Source: Mytilus trossulus (lineage: Eukaryota). Taken from it: 64,000 bases of DNA. Below the pieces are notes generated by a model. The model was not told the DNA's origin, did not search any database, and was given only the letters and a program-made list of their open reading frames with translations. The stretch lies in NCBI RefSeq assembly GCF_036588685.1, contig NC_086373.1:76198001-76262000 (forward strand), given 5' to 3'. Shown here piece after piece: positions 38,888 through 53,100 of the stretch (position 1 is its first letter; each line of letters opens with the position of its first letter). Position numbers and translations under genes: made by a program.

Positions 38888-40235
38888 TTTTTTAGCTCAC
38901 CTGGCCCAAAGGGCCAAGTGAGCTTTTCTCATCACTTGGCGTCCGGCGTCCGTCGTCCGTCGTCCGTCGTCTGTCGTCTGTCGTCCGTCGTCCGTCGTCC
39001 GTCGTCGTCCGGCGTTAGCTTTTACAAAAATCTTCTCCTCTGAAACTACTGGGCCAAATCAAACCAAACTTGGCCACAATCATCATTGGGGTATCTAGTT
39101 TAAAAAATGTGTGGCGTGACCCGGTCATCCAACCAAGATGGCCGCCACGGCTAAAAATAGAACATAGGGGTAAAATGCAGTTTTTGGCTTATAACTCAAA
39201 AACCAAAGCATTTAGAGGAAATCTGACATGGGGTAAAAATGTTTATCAGGTCAAGATCTATCTGCCCTGAAATTTTCAGATGAATCTGTTAACCTGTTGT
39301 TGGGTTGCTGCCCCTGAATTGGTAATTTTGAGGAAATTTTGCTGTTTTTGGTTATTATCTTGAATATTATTATAGATAGAGATAAACTGTAAACAGTAAT
39401 AATGTTCAGCAAAGTTAGATTTACAAATAAGTCAACATGACCGAAATGGTCAGTTTACCCCTTTAGGAGTTATTGCCCTTTATAGTCAATTTTTAACCAT
39501 TTTTCATAAATCTAAGTAATCTTTTACAAAAATCTTCTCCTCTGAAACTACTGAGCCAAATTAATCCAAACTTGGCCACAATCATCTTTGGGGTATCTAG
39601 TTTAAAAAATGTGTGGCGTGACCCGGTCAACCAACCAAGATGGCCGCCACGGCTAAAAATAGAACATAGGGGTAAAATGCAGTTTTTGGCTTATAACTCA
39701 AAAACCAAAGCATTTTGAGGAAATTTGACATGGGATAAAAATGTTTATCAGGTCAATATCTATCTGCCCTGAAATTTTCAGATGAATTGGACAATCGGTT
39801 GTTGGCTTGCTGCCCTCCAATTGTTAATTTTTAAAGAAATTTTGCCGTTTTTGGTTATTATCTTGAATACTATTATAGATAGAGATAAACTGTAAACAGC
39901 AATAATGTTCAGCAAAGTAAGATCTACAAATTAGTCAATATGACCTAAATGGTCAATTGACCCCTTAAGGAGTTATTGCCCTTTATAGTCAATTTTTAAC
40001 AATTTTCATTAATTCGGTAAATTTATGTAAATTTTTACCAAATATTTTTCTCTGTTACTAATGGGCAAGGTTCATTATAGATATAATTGTAAGAAGCAAG
40101 AACGTTCAGTAAAGTAAGAACTTCAAACAAATCACCATCACCAAAATACAATTTTGTCATGAATCCATTTGTGTCCTTTGTTTAATATGCACATAGACCA
40201 AGGTGAGCGACACAGGCTCTTTAGAGCCTCTAGTT
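38888..40235 (+). mobile_element. HINE-type element with (CGTC)n microsatellite and two ~502-bp internal repeats
   Basis: 5' tttttagctcacctggcccaaagggccaagtgagc; 3' aggtgagc..aggctctttagagcctctagttt; repeat unit starts at 39024 and 39526. Confidence 0.8.
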
Positions 40236-43200
40236 TGTTTATAAGTTAGATACCATATCACTGGCGAAACTAATCATTTTATAGTTGATAAATGAACTGG
40301 GAATGTAAAGTGTTCCTTAAAATGTAAAAAAAAGAAAGACTCGTGATTTGTATATTACTGCCGATGCCGATAAACATGTGAATAACAATGTCGAAAATAA
40401 AAATACAACGCCATGGCTAAATAAAATCAAGTAACAAACAATAGTACTCAAAACAGAAAATAGAAAACTAAGACTGAGCAACACGAACCCAACAAAAAAC
40501 AGGGGGTAATCTGGAAGGGTAGTTCATCAGTGTTCAACACATGGCACCCGCCGAAGGATCGGTTGATTCTCTCTAATCACAACGGTTCCTTCAACAATCC
40601 GGAAAAACTATGAGTGACCGCACCAATTATGATAACTATGGCAATAATACTGAAAGCGGAGTTAAACACCAACCAATCAATCCATCAATTACTCCACCAA
40701 TTGTTCACAATTGTTTGTACTTAAACAAATAAGTGAAAAATTCAGTATAGTTAATTATAATATATTCTAAGACATACTAAACATAAACAATTTATACATT
40801 CATATATAAATCAAGAGCCACTCTTAAAAAAGAGTTATGAACTACTTCATGTATGCTAGTACTTCAAATGACAAAATGATCTAAAGTATGACGAAACAAT
40901 CTTTGAAACGAAAACAAATAAAATTCGGTTGGATTAATCGGATTGATACGAAAAAAAAAACACAACTTACAAAGATAAAAAAAAAAAGACTCAAAATTTA
41001 AAATTATATTATAGTGGGTTTCCTTACATCATGTTTCCTATGTTGTCATTTTGTTAAGGGAGGCAGATTTTTACAAGATGTCTTTGTTTCCGAGACGAAG
41101 TCGCAGCATTTCTTCCGTATACTTGTAATTTATGCAAGTTTTAAGAATAACATATTGTTTAAACTTAAAGACACTAAGTACCAAGAGCACTCACAGTTAC
41201 CGAAAGCTAGTTTAAATCACATACTAACTATTAAATAAATGTTGTCCTGTGCAGGCTAGATTATCAAGCGGTGAAAATCCAACAGATTATATTAAAGATG
41301 ATATAAATGTACAAGGTCTGAGATATAACATTATCTTGTGCAATGTCAAATTAAAAATATCATACTTAGGCGACGAATGCAGGAACATAAGTTTACATAA
41401 CTGTATAGCAATTTGTTTTGATTCATGAATAATGAAAACAGTCCTTTCTGCTATTCCTCTCGTATCTCAATCCACTTTATCTAGCCTCTAACTTGTACGT
41501 CCTTCTGTCCATTAATTTTAGTTTTCACAGAGTTGACCAATTCACAAACGGTGTTCCAATTTATATTTGCCTTAAAAGTTTCTGATTGACCCAAACGTGT
41601 CATTTAAGAGGACATGTGAAACCAAGGTTAAATCCATCATTTTCTACATGAACAAATGCCTTTACCAAGTCAGAAATATGCCAGTTGTTATCCATTCGTT
41701 TGATGTTTTACAGCTTTTTTTCTAACTTTTGAATTTTTTGAATGGTTGGTTATATATTCCATCTCATTTCATCAAACTTAACCAAATATCAAAATCAGAA
41801 GTTTCAGAACAACTTTCCGTATATTATTTACGCACTGATGTCATATGAAATGAAAAAGTTCCCATTACAAAACTTAGTTTCATCATTGAATATTGTTTCT
41901 AATCATCAACAAGCATTATAAAAAAAAATTCTTGAAGGCTAAGCAAAGGATATTTCTATTGAAAGAGCAAGTATTTAAAAAAAATAATCAAACAATGATA
42001 TGATGATCAAATTAGCATCAATATCTTTATTTGTTTTTCCGATGGAAGTTAAACGTTAATTATATTATTTAAAAGAAACATATATATATGTTCTAATACA
42101 ACTTAATAATTTGGAAATTTTCATATTTGGCTATAACAGTCAAGAAAGTTACTTTGCCATAGAATTAACACAGTATGTATGGCATTTTTTATTTGCAATG
42201 TGAACTCTTGAGAATAAATCGGAATTGAATATAAAAAATACACTATCATGAACTCCTGAAAAAAGTATCAGGAAATTTGTAACTGATCAAATCATAAAAT
42301 TTTAGTGATCATGAAAAATTCTAAAACTCACTAGTAAATTTTAGGAATTAAATATAAAATTTTACGAATTATTTTATCAGAATTCTGGGAAAATAATTCT
42401 GGGAAAATAAAGTTTCTACATTATCACTGATTATACAAATTCTCTACAACATATATACACGTATATATATATATACAGATTGTTAGTATACTAGGGGTAG
42501 TAGTTCCCAGGGTCAATAAACTCATGATGGCAGCTTTTAAACTCTCAATATGATTACTTTTAATTCACCAGATGTGATAAAAAAAACCCTTCTTATTGGT
42601 AAATATACGGAAAACTTGTTTCCGAATCACATTGTATTACTGTTTAAGTTTGTGAATGTGTCATAGGACCGACCTATATGCTATAGTTTGCTGTAAACCA
42701 CAGTATGACAAGGTTTGGTAGTATTTGGCAAAACTTGTTGGAATTTTTGGGTCCTCAGCATGCCAAGAAATTGCCTCCGACCGTTGAAATTCTGCAAACA
42801 CCCCATAGAGCAAATTACTTAGTACATGGATGATTAATATTGACCATTTGGTATATGGCTGTGTTCTAAGCGACACGTACATGAAGTTCATAAATTAATT
42901 TGTTCAATGAAATCAAATCTTTAAATACTAATGGGTGCCGTAGAAGGTCGACCGGAATTTTTAGCGAGGATTTCTTGGCATGTAATTCCCATCCATACTA
43001 GTAGTTTGTGTTGAAGGTATTAGGGGTTAATTTTAAGATTGTGGGTAACAAACATACAGAGAACTTCAAAAGACATTGTTTAGAGGATTTCAAAGTTTAC
43101 ATTCGCAATACTGGCTATTCTTTTCAGTTGTGTCCAGTTTGTAAAATTCTGTGAAATGCTCATTAAATACTAATAAATATTGATATATATCGGTTTTGCC

Positions 43201-43270
43201 GAAAAGTAACCGCATGTCTGTCCGCTTCTTTTTGTCATTTGTAGCCGAAGGCTGAAGTAAACAATCTTTT

Positions 43271-43421
43271 CAGTGGCGGGTCCAAGGGAGGGGGGTCCAG
43301 GGGTTGTACCCTTTTATTGGTCGATAAATGCATTTGAATGGGGACATGTGGTTGGAACCCCACCCTCTTTTTATCCTTGGTTCGGAACCCCCTTTTTTTT
43401 AAATGGCTGGATCCGCCCCTG
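43271..43421. mobile_element. Short MITE, CAGTGGCGG.. TIR, 5-bp target duplication
   Basis: ctttt|cagtggcgggtcca ... tggatccgcccctg|ctttt. Confidence 0.75.
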
Positions 43422-43707
43422 CTTTTGAATAAGAAGGGAACTTTGGCATTGGAATATACATACAAAAACACTGCTTTCAAAATCTACCTAAACTGGAGCC
43501 ACGAAGAAGCCAGACCGACTCGCTCTTCCGATATTACTATGTTTATCTCATGAATGACCATAACTAGTATAGTCATTCACTCCAATTTTGGTTTGAACTG
43601 ACAAACGTTCCACGTTTAGTTGTTCAAAATATTTGATTGATGTTAAAAAATTTAGATAATCATTTAGCTGAACGGCCCCAGAAAAGATGGTGACAATCTA
43701 CTAGGAC

Positions 43708-43800
43708 ATCAACTCCTTTCGTTATCCACAGGCAGCTGAAATAAACTGGAATCAACTCCTTTCGTTATCCACAGGCAGCTGAAATAAACTGGAATCAACT
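43708..43800 (+). repeat. 43-bp perfect tandem duplication
   Basis: atcaactcctttcgttatccacaggcagctgaaataaactgga twice, then atcaact. Confidence 0.9.
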
Positions 43801-44584
43801 ACCTCAGAGTTTTAGAGACGAAAACAGTTCGAGTCCGACAACTTCTAAACTTGTTTTTATGTACCTGGAATACAACAAATGACATTTTTTAACGACCTTG
43901 AATGGCTATACAGCCCTTGCACAGTCGGCACCTGGAATATAGGATGTGACCAAAATAACGTTTAGGAAAAGGGATATTCCAAGCACTTTGTGAACAGAAA
44001 CTTTTTTTGTACAAAAGGATTGACACTAATGTTTCGTTGTTGCAATTTTATTTTCCATCTCCGCTTTGCCATTTGTTTCAATAATTTTACTTTTAAGCCA
44101 AGAACAAAAAGTAAGAAAGTACCAAGTTACATCAAAGAAACTAAACGTATATAAATTGCATTTATTTTAGCATTTTGACAGATTTAAAGAGACGTCATGA
44201 TTACAAAAGAAATTTGAGAGTATATGTGTGGTTGTTTACATCCTCGAGAACTTTAAATATACCCTATTTAACATATGTAAAGTGAAACCTGAATTCTGAG
44301 GCTATAATTTCTTACTATCTTACTAATGTTTATGTAAGACTTATATATAGTTGTATTGATGTTGAACATTTTACATTGAAATAGTTTTCAATATAAAAAA
44401 ATTGTGATGTCCATATTTTGCAAAGGGATTTTGATAAATATTACAATATGTTGTGTCTTGTGTACTATTGTTTGTCTGTTTGTCTTTTTATTTTTTAGCC
44501 AAGTTATTGTGAGTTTATTTTTTCGATCTATGAGTTTAACTGTCCTTCTTGTATCTTTCACCCCTCTTTTAGTTTCAATGTACT

Positions 44585-44662
44585 CAGTGGCGGATCCAGG
44601 GGGAGGGTTCTGGGGGTTCATATAGTGGACCCCCCTTTTTAAAACGACTGGATCCGCCAATG
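44585..44662. mobile_element. 78-bp MITE of the same family, 5-bp target duplication
   Basis: gtact|cagtggcggatccag ... ctggatccgccaatg|gtact. Confidence 0.75.
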
Positions 44663-45049
44663 GTACTGCAATCAGTTGTGCAAATGTTCAGAATTCAAAT
44701 TGATAAGCATGGGTATTAATTTTAAAGTCAGTATCAAGCAGTGCAAAAAAAGAAAATTAAGAAAAAAAAGAAAATTCACCGTTGAATAACTCTTCAGAGT
44801 ACAACATATTTTGTTTTAATTTAAAGTAAGTCCAATATGCAAAAACTTAAATGGCCAGATAATATCAACCCATTCTGCGGAAAGGTTTGAGTTTTTGGCA
44901 GAATCTTCACCAAAGGTTCAAAATAAGCTTGAATAAATTAAACAATACTTCATATAGTGACTTTATAGTTATGGTATTGTTTTACTTTTTAAATTAATTC
45001 TTAAATATAATGAATAACAGATATGTTTATAGTATTTCTCACCTTACCT

Positions 45050-45220
45050 TTGGTGGTATCATGGTGAGGTGCTCTCCTGGAGTGGAATAGGAAGTGAGAT
45101 TTCTATAACATTTGTATTTGCTGCTTCTTCATCAAGCACACAACAATAATCAGTAGCAAAGATTGGTCAGATGACAGTCCAAATAATGTGTGCATGTAGG
45201 GTAACATGTGTTTCTACAAA
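45050..45220 (+). mobile_element. Degenerate tRNA-derived SINE
   Basis: A-box-like tggtggtatcatggt followed by a conserved-looking body (ctataa..tgtatttgctgcttct..aagcac..gcaaagattggt..ataatgtgt). Confidence 0.45.
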
Positions 45221-45669
45221 TTATTAACTGTTACCTTTTTACTAAATTTCATCACTTTTATATATCTTAATGCCTTTCAACTACTGTCAGATTAGTTGTA
45301 AGGGATAAGTTTAAATTAACAGTAAACATTTTTAGAGACATCTTGCTTGAAATGATTGGCAATTCCTTTTTGATTTATATTTAATCCATCAAAATATCAG
45401 TAAATATTCTTTACTAACCATTAACATTATGTTGATAGTCCTAATTAGAAAGCTTTACTACAACTATTATATAAACTTAACATGATCCAATAAAATAAGG
45501 TCAATAGATATAGGAAGACAACTCTCCATTCGAATAACTATTTATAAAAGAAACAATTATAGGTCAATGAAAGGCCTTCAACACAGAGCATTGGCTCACA
45601 ATGAACAAACTATAAAGGGCCCCAAAATTACTAGTGTAAAACCATTCAAACAGGAAAAGCTAATATAAA

Positions 45670-46612
45670 CCAAACCAGACATACATGTACACCTTTCAAT
45701 CATTCTAACACTAAATATAGTTGACCTATTGCTTATAGTTTCTAAGAAACAGACTTAACCAAGAAAGCTAAATATTGACCAATGAACAACAAAAAGTAGG
45801 TCAAGGTCAGATGAAACATTCCATTTAGACATGTACAGCTTACAATCCTACCATACAACAAATATAGTTGACCTTTTACTTAAATTTAAGAAAAACACAC
45901 AAATAAAACCTGGGATATGGTCATATACATCATAAAATATTTCTATACACCAAATATATTTGACCTTTTGCATATAGTATTAGAAAAAAAAGCCCTAAAT
46001 TCAAAAACTTAACTTTGACCACTAAACCATTAAAATTATGTCAAGGTCAGTTGACACCTGCCAGTTGGTTATGTACACCTTACAATTATTCCATAAACCA
46101 AATATAGAAGACCTTTTGAATACAATATAGGAAAAACAGACCAAAACACAAAAACTTAACTATTTCCACTAAACCAGGAAATCAGGTCAAGGTCAGATGA
46201 CACCTGCCACTTAGACATGTACACCTTCATACAACCTTCCTATACACCAAATATACTAGACCTATTGCCTATATTATCTGGAATATAGACTTGATAACCA
46301 AAACTTAACCTTATTCACTGAACCATGAAATAAGGTCAGGGTCAATTGAAAACTTGCCATATGGGCACGAAGAGAAATTAACATTATAATTTTTTTCAAG
46401 AAGTCATTGAACCATGAAAATGTAGTCAAGGACAATGGGCATGTGAAGGATGGAAACTTTGTAAAATAAGGCACCTTAATACAAATTATGAAACATCTAG
46501 GTCATCCACCTTCTAAAATATAAGGCTTTCAAGAAGTCAGCTCATGTCCCTGCCTTAGGATCTCAATCCCTATGCCTAGGTTTCTGCAACAAAAGTTGCA
46601 GACTCAACCAAA
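45670..46612 (-). repeat. Degenerate tandem-array element (ggtcaaggtcagatga..tgtacacctt..caaatatag units)
   Basis: Unit motifs recur near 45800, 46040, 46185 and 46335. Confidence 0.6.
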
Positions 46613-46985
46613 ACTGTTTTTTCAGCATTTTTAATGATGTCATAGTGATCATAATAACAAATTTAAACAATATGAATATGCCAACTTGGTATTTTTTTAC
46701 TTTCTATAATAAAGAGTTATTTCAACACTCCACCTCTTGCCACAAGTAATTTTTTTTCTTTTTTTAAGACAAGTGCATAAAGTCATGTTTGGCTTGTTTC
46801 CTATCAAAGTTTCAACATTCATGTGAAAATTATTTCACGGATTTGCAAACATGCAGATCATGTACATATTGCTATTTCATGGATTTAAGATCTGTACATT
46901 CATTTAATTTGATATTTTTTGAAAATTGAATCTGAAATCATTGTATTTCAGATAAACCCAATATAATTACAAACATCATAATTTT

Positions 46986-47197
46986 TTATGAGTTTAATAA
47001 TTGCTTGACATCATCATTATAGGCAAACAGTTTTAACATGTCTTTTTCTAAAGGATGTAATTCTCCAGGAATAACAAAAGAATGGAGAGGAGCACCAATG
47101 TCTACGGTCATCATGTCTGTAAAGGTTGCAGCAACAATTGTTTGTGTCTCTGATCCAATACGTGCAAGTCCAATACATATTGTATCTTCTGTAAATG
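46986..47197 (-). CDS. DPH5: DPH5 coding exon 8 (terminal)
   Basis: [21 protein letters not shown]...[21 protein letters not shown]...LLNS*. Confidence 0.93.
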
Positions 47198-50100
47198 CTG
47201 CAAAAGATCAAGACATTTATTCAATAATTCATAATGGGAAATAACTCATGTTTTATAACAAATGAACTAAACACTAAACCATATTTCCTATTTTTAAAAT
47301 AACTTATGTTGTTATATTACAAATATACCATACATTCATGATTGGAAATAACTCATGTATTATTTTGTATACCAGAAGGTAGTTGTTTTTTGGTTTTTTT
47401 TTATCTTTTATTTGTTTTTCAATAGTCAGGATTTTACACACCTCAATAAACTACCACCTCTTGCAAAACAGATAAACTTTCATTTTCATAAAAAATAAAA
47501 TGCTTTAAGGAAAAATCAAATTTGTGTACATATCAAGTACATGTATGTGATAGTTCTATCCTGTAAAATTACAGCAAACAAACAAGTGCAATAATACAAG
47601 AAGACTAAAAAGTAATAAAATTTAAAGTCAAAGCTATTGTTTTGTTTTTATCCAGTCTAAACCACTTCCAGTAAATTTATCTCCTTTTACTTGCCTAGTT
47701 TTTGTTTCAAAAATGACAATACACCTTTTCACATTCAGGAAGATATTTTAAATAAACATGAACTTTGAAAAAAATCCAGAAAAACAGGTAGTTTTATCTC
47801 TCTCATTGTTTTACATGCAGTGGAAACTGCACTTAGTACCTACACAATAATCAATGGGAAATAACTCATTCTGATGAATACAAATGTTCATAAAGGGAAA
47901 TAATGTATGTTGATTCATTATAAACAACTAATACACAAATTTCTGATGGGAGACAACTCATAGTAATTTTTTTTTTATTATTATTATATTATAAACATTA
48001 CTGACAAAACTTGCAAAAACTTACTAAACAAACAATGATAATTTAATGAGATTTGAATAAGTTAAAACCATTAAGCGTATTTCTAAATGAAAATATCCTT
48101 TTTTCTTTCAAATGCAAAACCAATTCTCAAAATACTACGGCCTTCGTACATTTTGTTTTATTTCACTGATAATATTATTTCTCTGCTATCTTTGACTGTG
48201 ACATCTATGACATTTAAGTAATTCACAATTACCTAAATCTTTTTCTCCTTCTTCTTTCTTTCTTTGAATAATTTCTACCAGCTGTTCTGCTGCTGTATTC
48301 ACAGACATATATCTTGGTGGCTCAAAAATCTTTTTTCCTCTAATAAAAAAACATAACATTAATACCAAGACGATATACAACCCAAAGATTTGTTTCATTA
48401 CAATAGATGATATGAATATGTGGTATGAGTGCCATTGAGACAACTCTCCATCCGAGTAACAATTTATAAAAGTAAACCATTATAGGTCAAGGAATGGCCT
48501 TCAACACAGAGCTTCGGTTCACACTAAACAGCAAGCTATAAAGGGCCCCAAAAATTACTAGTGTAAAACAATTCAAACAGAAAAATCAAGTCTAATCCAT
48601 ACAAAAAAACGAGAAACAACTTTGTTCCCATATATTGCTCCATTTGCTCATAACAATAGGAGATGTAAAGCAAAACAGACAGTACAGCAAAATTACCACA
48701 AAAAAACAATTTACCCTCATCAATAACTAAATCATCTAAATATTATTCCAGGGAATTTTTTTTCATCATATTTATCTAATAAAAAGGATCAAGACTGAAA
48801 AATATCAATTACAAATATTTCGCTTCCTAAAAATACCCTATATAAAATTGGATAAACAAGCAATGACTATTAATCATATTCCAAAAACAATATTTGTGTA
48901 TACAATCAGCAGAAATTTTTATTAATTATTATAGACCATACCAGCATTTTAGCAGCGATTGTGGAGTTTAATATGGTTTTGTAGGTTAGGAATGTTTCAA
49001 TTTTTTAACTATACGTCATGTGTTAATCAGTGACTCTATAATGTGGTATGTCTGTACATGTAATAACAAAACATTGGTTATTTTTTTGACTCTATAATGT
49101 GGTTTGTCTGTACATGTAATAACAAAACATTGGTTGTTTTTTTGGAGTGTGATTTTATAAGTAAAGCAATGTCAGCATAACAGTCTTGAGATCTATTGAA
49201 GCTTATTATGAAATAAAATACACATACTTCATTAAATTCTCTATACTTTGTTCTTTTACTTTAATATCTAAAAAAAACAGATGAAAACTGTAAACCTCAC
49301 ACATGTACCTCTATCAAAATATGATAAATATACAATGAAAACTGCAAATTTAAGAGTAAATCACAATTTTACCATAGTCAGCTTCATGAAACTGAAGTAT
49401 AAACAGTATGTGCATGCAAGAATTTCAAGCCTTCATAAGCATGATTAGTTCCATAACAAGCCTGAATCAAACTAGACATCTGGCTTTCATATGTGACGCT
49501 GCTGTATTTTGTTATACAAAGTACTAATATTTGGTTTGCAGTATTTTATTATTATTAATAAATCATGTATGAAAGGGTTTGATATGTCGACTTTGTTGGG
49601 ACCTTGAACTAGAAAATGGAAAAGTTTAACAAATCTATAAATTAACATCATTCAGTAATTCACAACGAAATAGTAGTCCTGTCGGTTTATCAGGTTGTCT
49701 GCATATTGATTTTGTCAAATATAAGCTAAGAGTCACAATACAAAACTTTTTGTCTAGTGAGTAACTGCAGTGAACGAGTTCATACAGGATTCATTTTGTG
49801 TGGAGCAGCTGATATTTTACAAATTAATATGATAAAAAATTATGGTTATTTATTATGGCATTTTTTTTTATAGAAACAAGAACTTTTCTTCATTTCAAAA
49901 GAAATCCATAAGATGACAGTAAAACTGCATTTGCGACCGTCAAATCTACAATTGACGGTGGCAAGTCTTCAACTACAGTACTGTTGTTCCTTAAATAGTA
50001 AAGGTGTTTTGTTTTTCATGCCATAAGTTTGCTTTTTGTCCCAATTGGTTTTCTTGCTAAAGGTTGTTTCTTTTTTACAATGTTTCATGCAAAAGACAGA

Positions 50101-53100
50101 AAACACTCTTCACGCCAAATATTATATTCTGTTCAGTGTGTAATCATATAACCATATCATGCTGATCCATGAACATTCCCCTTTTTACAATCCTTTATAT
50201 ATACCTAATAAACATAATGTATGCATTCCTAAATCTCTATTTCTTTTTATTTTATCATAAAAGCTATCAGGTCTCCATGTGTCTGTCCAGAAAACAATTG
50301 ATATAGTTTCACCAAAGTTGTACAACTGAAACATAGAAATAGTAGTTACAATTAATCACAATATATTATATCCATTTATTTCAAAAGTACTGTATATCAG
50401 CTCATATGCCTCATTTAAAATGTAATATGAATAATTGCAGAATAAGTGGCAAAATGCATGTTAAGATATTATCAATTATAATTAAAAACACTATTTTTCA
50501 ATGATGGTTTTGTCCCTTTTGTATAAGAAAATATAGCTAATATACCAATTAAAAGGTGTGACCTGTGGTCAGATATCTTATAAGAAACATACAAGATATT
50601 TTTCTGAATTGTTTATGTACTTTCTTTCTTAGAAGCCTGATATTGTGTTAATAATAGTACAGGTATAAGACACATGCAGGATATAATTATAAACAATATT
50701 TGTAAGGGTTCCGCGGAACACAGTGTCTCGCCTACTTTTGCTGTAAATTGTATGCTCAATAAAAATGAGAAAATATATCAATAAAAATATTCCTCTTAAT
50801 ACTATCTTTTGATTGTAAGAGCTTCTGTCCAAATTTGGTAAAATTCAAGGATAGTTAATGAATCTAATAAATGTTTTTAAAACTTTAACTGCAGACTGTA
50901 TGTAATGTTAACTGGAAGAAAATCTAAGTCCATTTAAAATTAAAATACAGAAAAAATGGAGTTATCTTTTTACAAAATTTATTTCTGGATACTATTTTAT
51001 GACCATAAATAAGCTTCTGTCCAAGTTTGGTACAAACCCAGGATAGTTTAAGAAAGTTATTAAAATTCTTAAAACTTTAACCAGAGTGAATATAATGTTT
51101 CTCTGCAGAAAAATCTAAGTCCATTTATAAGTAAAATACAGAAAAAATGGAATTTTATTTTTACAAAATTTACTTCTGGATACTATCTTATGATCATAAA
51201 CAAGCTTCTGTTCAAGTTTGGTAGAAATCCAGTTGAGTTTAAGAAACTTATTCAAATTTCAAAAACTTTGACCAGAGTGAATATTTGTGGACGCTGCCAA
51301 CGACGACGGAAAGTAGGATCGCTTAGTCTCGCTTTTTCGACTAAAGTCGAGGGCTCGACAAAAATCATTTATGTACTTTCTTAGAGGGCTGTACATGTGG
51401 TCACATAAGCCTGATTTAATGTTAATAAGTGTACAAGAGTATATGACACATGCAAGCTATAATTCTGAATTGTACTTTCTTCAATAACAAATGTTGTATT
51501 TTTAATTTATTTGAGAAATGTTGCTCATAGAGTATCTTGAGTTTATGGCTACATGCAAAAGTGATTTGAAAACAATTGTTAAAATCAAATAGACCGGTCA
51601 AACTAAGTTTGAATCTCAAACTAATTGCAAAAGAAAATGTTTTAGTTCGAATCTATAGCATAAAGCCCCAAATATACACAGAAAAAAGTCCCATAAAATC
51701 AAACTTGAGGAAAACTCAAATTTTTCATTTTTAATTTCTGATGGAAATTAACATTGGAAAGGGAGATAACTCTGCAAAAAATAGTCGTTTTCTGTTGATT
51801 TCCTAATATTCATGTAAAATATGATCCTTTGATGGGGTTATAAGTTCAAATTTGACTATATTATTTCATCTTCTTCTAGTGAAATGTACAAAACCAAAGT
51901 GTTATGGGTACCTTATTTTTTTTGCACAACTTTAATTAAAGAAATTGCAAATTTATGGCTTTATGACCAATTTGAAAAATAATAGGATATTTTTTATTGT
52001 TTATATCTGTAAATTATATTTGTTCAGCATCTAAGATGACTAAAATATCAAGAATCAATACATTCTGTTGATTAAGGTTATATTTTTGTAATAATTTTTA
52101 TTGATATTTCTGCCTTTTTTGCAGAGTTATTTCCCTTATCAATGCAAATCTCCATAGAAATTTTAAAATCATGATATTTTAGTTTTCCTCATGATGGATT
52201 TAATTGGACTTGTTCTGTGTATATTTGGGATATAACGGTTATTATTGAAACTTGAAAATCTCTGATGTAATTACTTCAAGGTAAGGGTCAAATGTATGCT
52301 AGATTGGCTGGACTAAAACTTTAGAAGCAGTAGTGAGCTTGTACTTGTCTCATACACTTTGACACATTCCGCATTTCCTTTCTCAATTTTATTATTTGCA
52401 GCATATATAAAATGAACATTTGAATACAACAATGCCTACCTGTAGACCACAACAGCCAACAGCATTCATTATAGAGGCATTATGTATAACTCTGTATTCC
52501 AGGTCTTTCTCCTTAGCTCTCAATACTAAATCTGTGTGAGTTGTTGCACTACAATGGTTTGACTGAATTTTAAATATAAGTTGTTTGTTCCAAATGCATA
52601 AAATAATTGTAGACCAGAATTATCAGACAGAGAAGAGCAGCCAACCCTGTTACTATTGACAGTTTTCCCTGGTTTCAACGTTCAAAATTTTGGTTCTAAA
52701 TTTACCTTAAATCATAGAAATTATAGCCATCTTGTCATCTACAAGAAAAAAAAACTCCCATAAAACTTTAAAATTTCAGAATTAAAGCTTAATTTCAGAT
52801 AATAGATATCTTAAGATAATCTTAAACTTGTTTTTGTTAAAAATGATAGTCAGAATGATTATAAAAATAATCTAATATTTAGCATTTATTAAGTGAAATA
52901 GGGTTGTGCTGCTTGGGTACTATGCATTAGACTTGTATAATCAATGCTAAACACATACCACCATACAAATATTAACAACTTCTATGACTTAATAAGGTAA
53001 ACCTACCCAAATGGATCACCTACAACTAGAAAGGAAACATCCTCTGTGTCAGATCCCTCAAACATTTCATCTACAAATATAGAAAAAGTAATCAATGCTT

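Noticed and set aside
45050-45125. tRNA gene
   Set aside because: Only an A-box-like start; no cloverleaf or intact B-box, and it continues into a SINE body.
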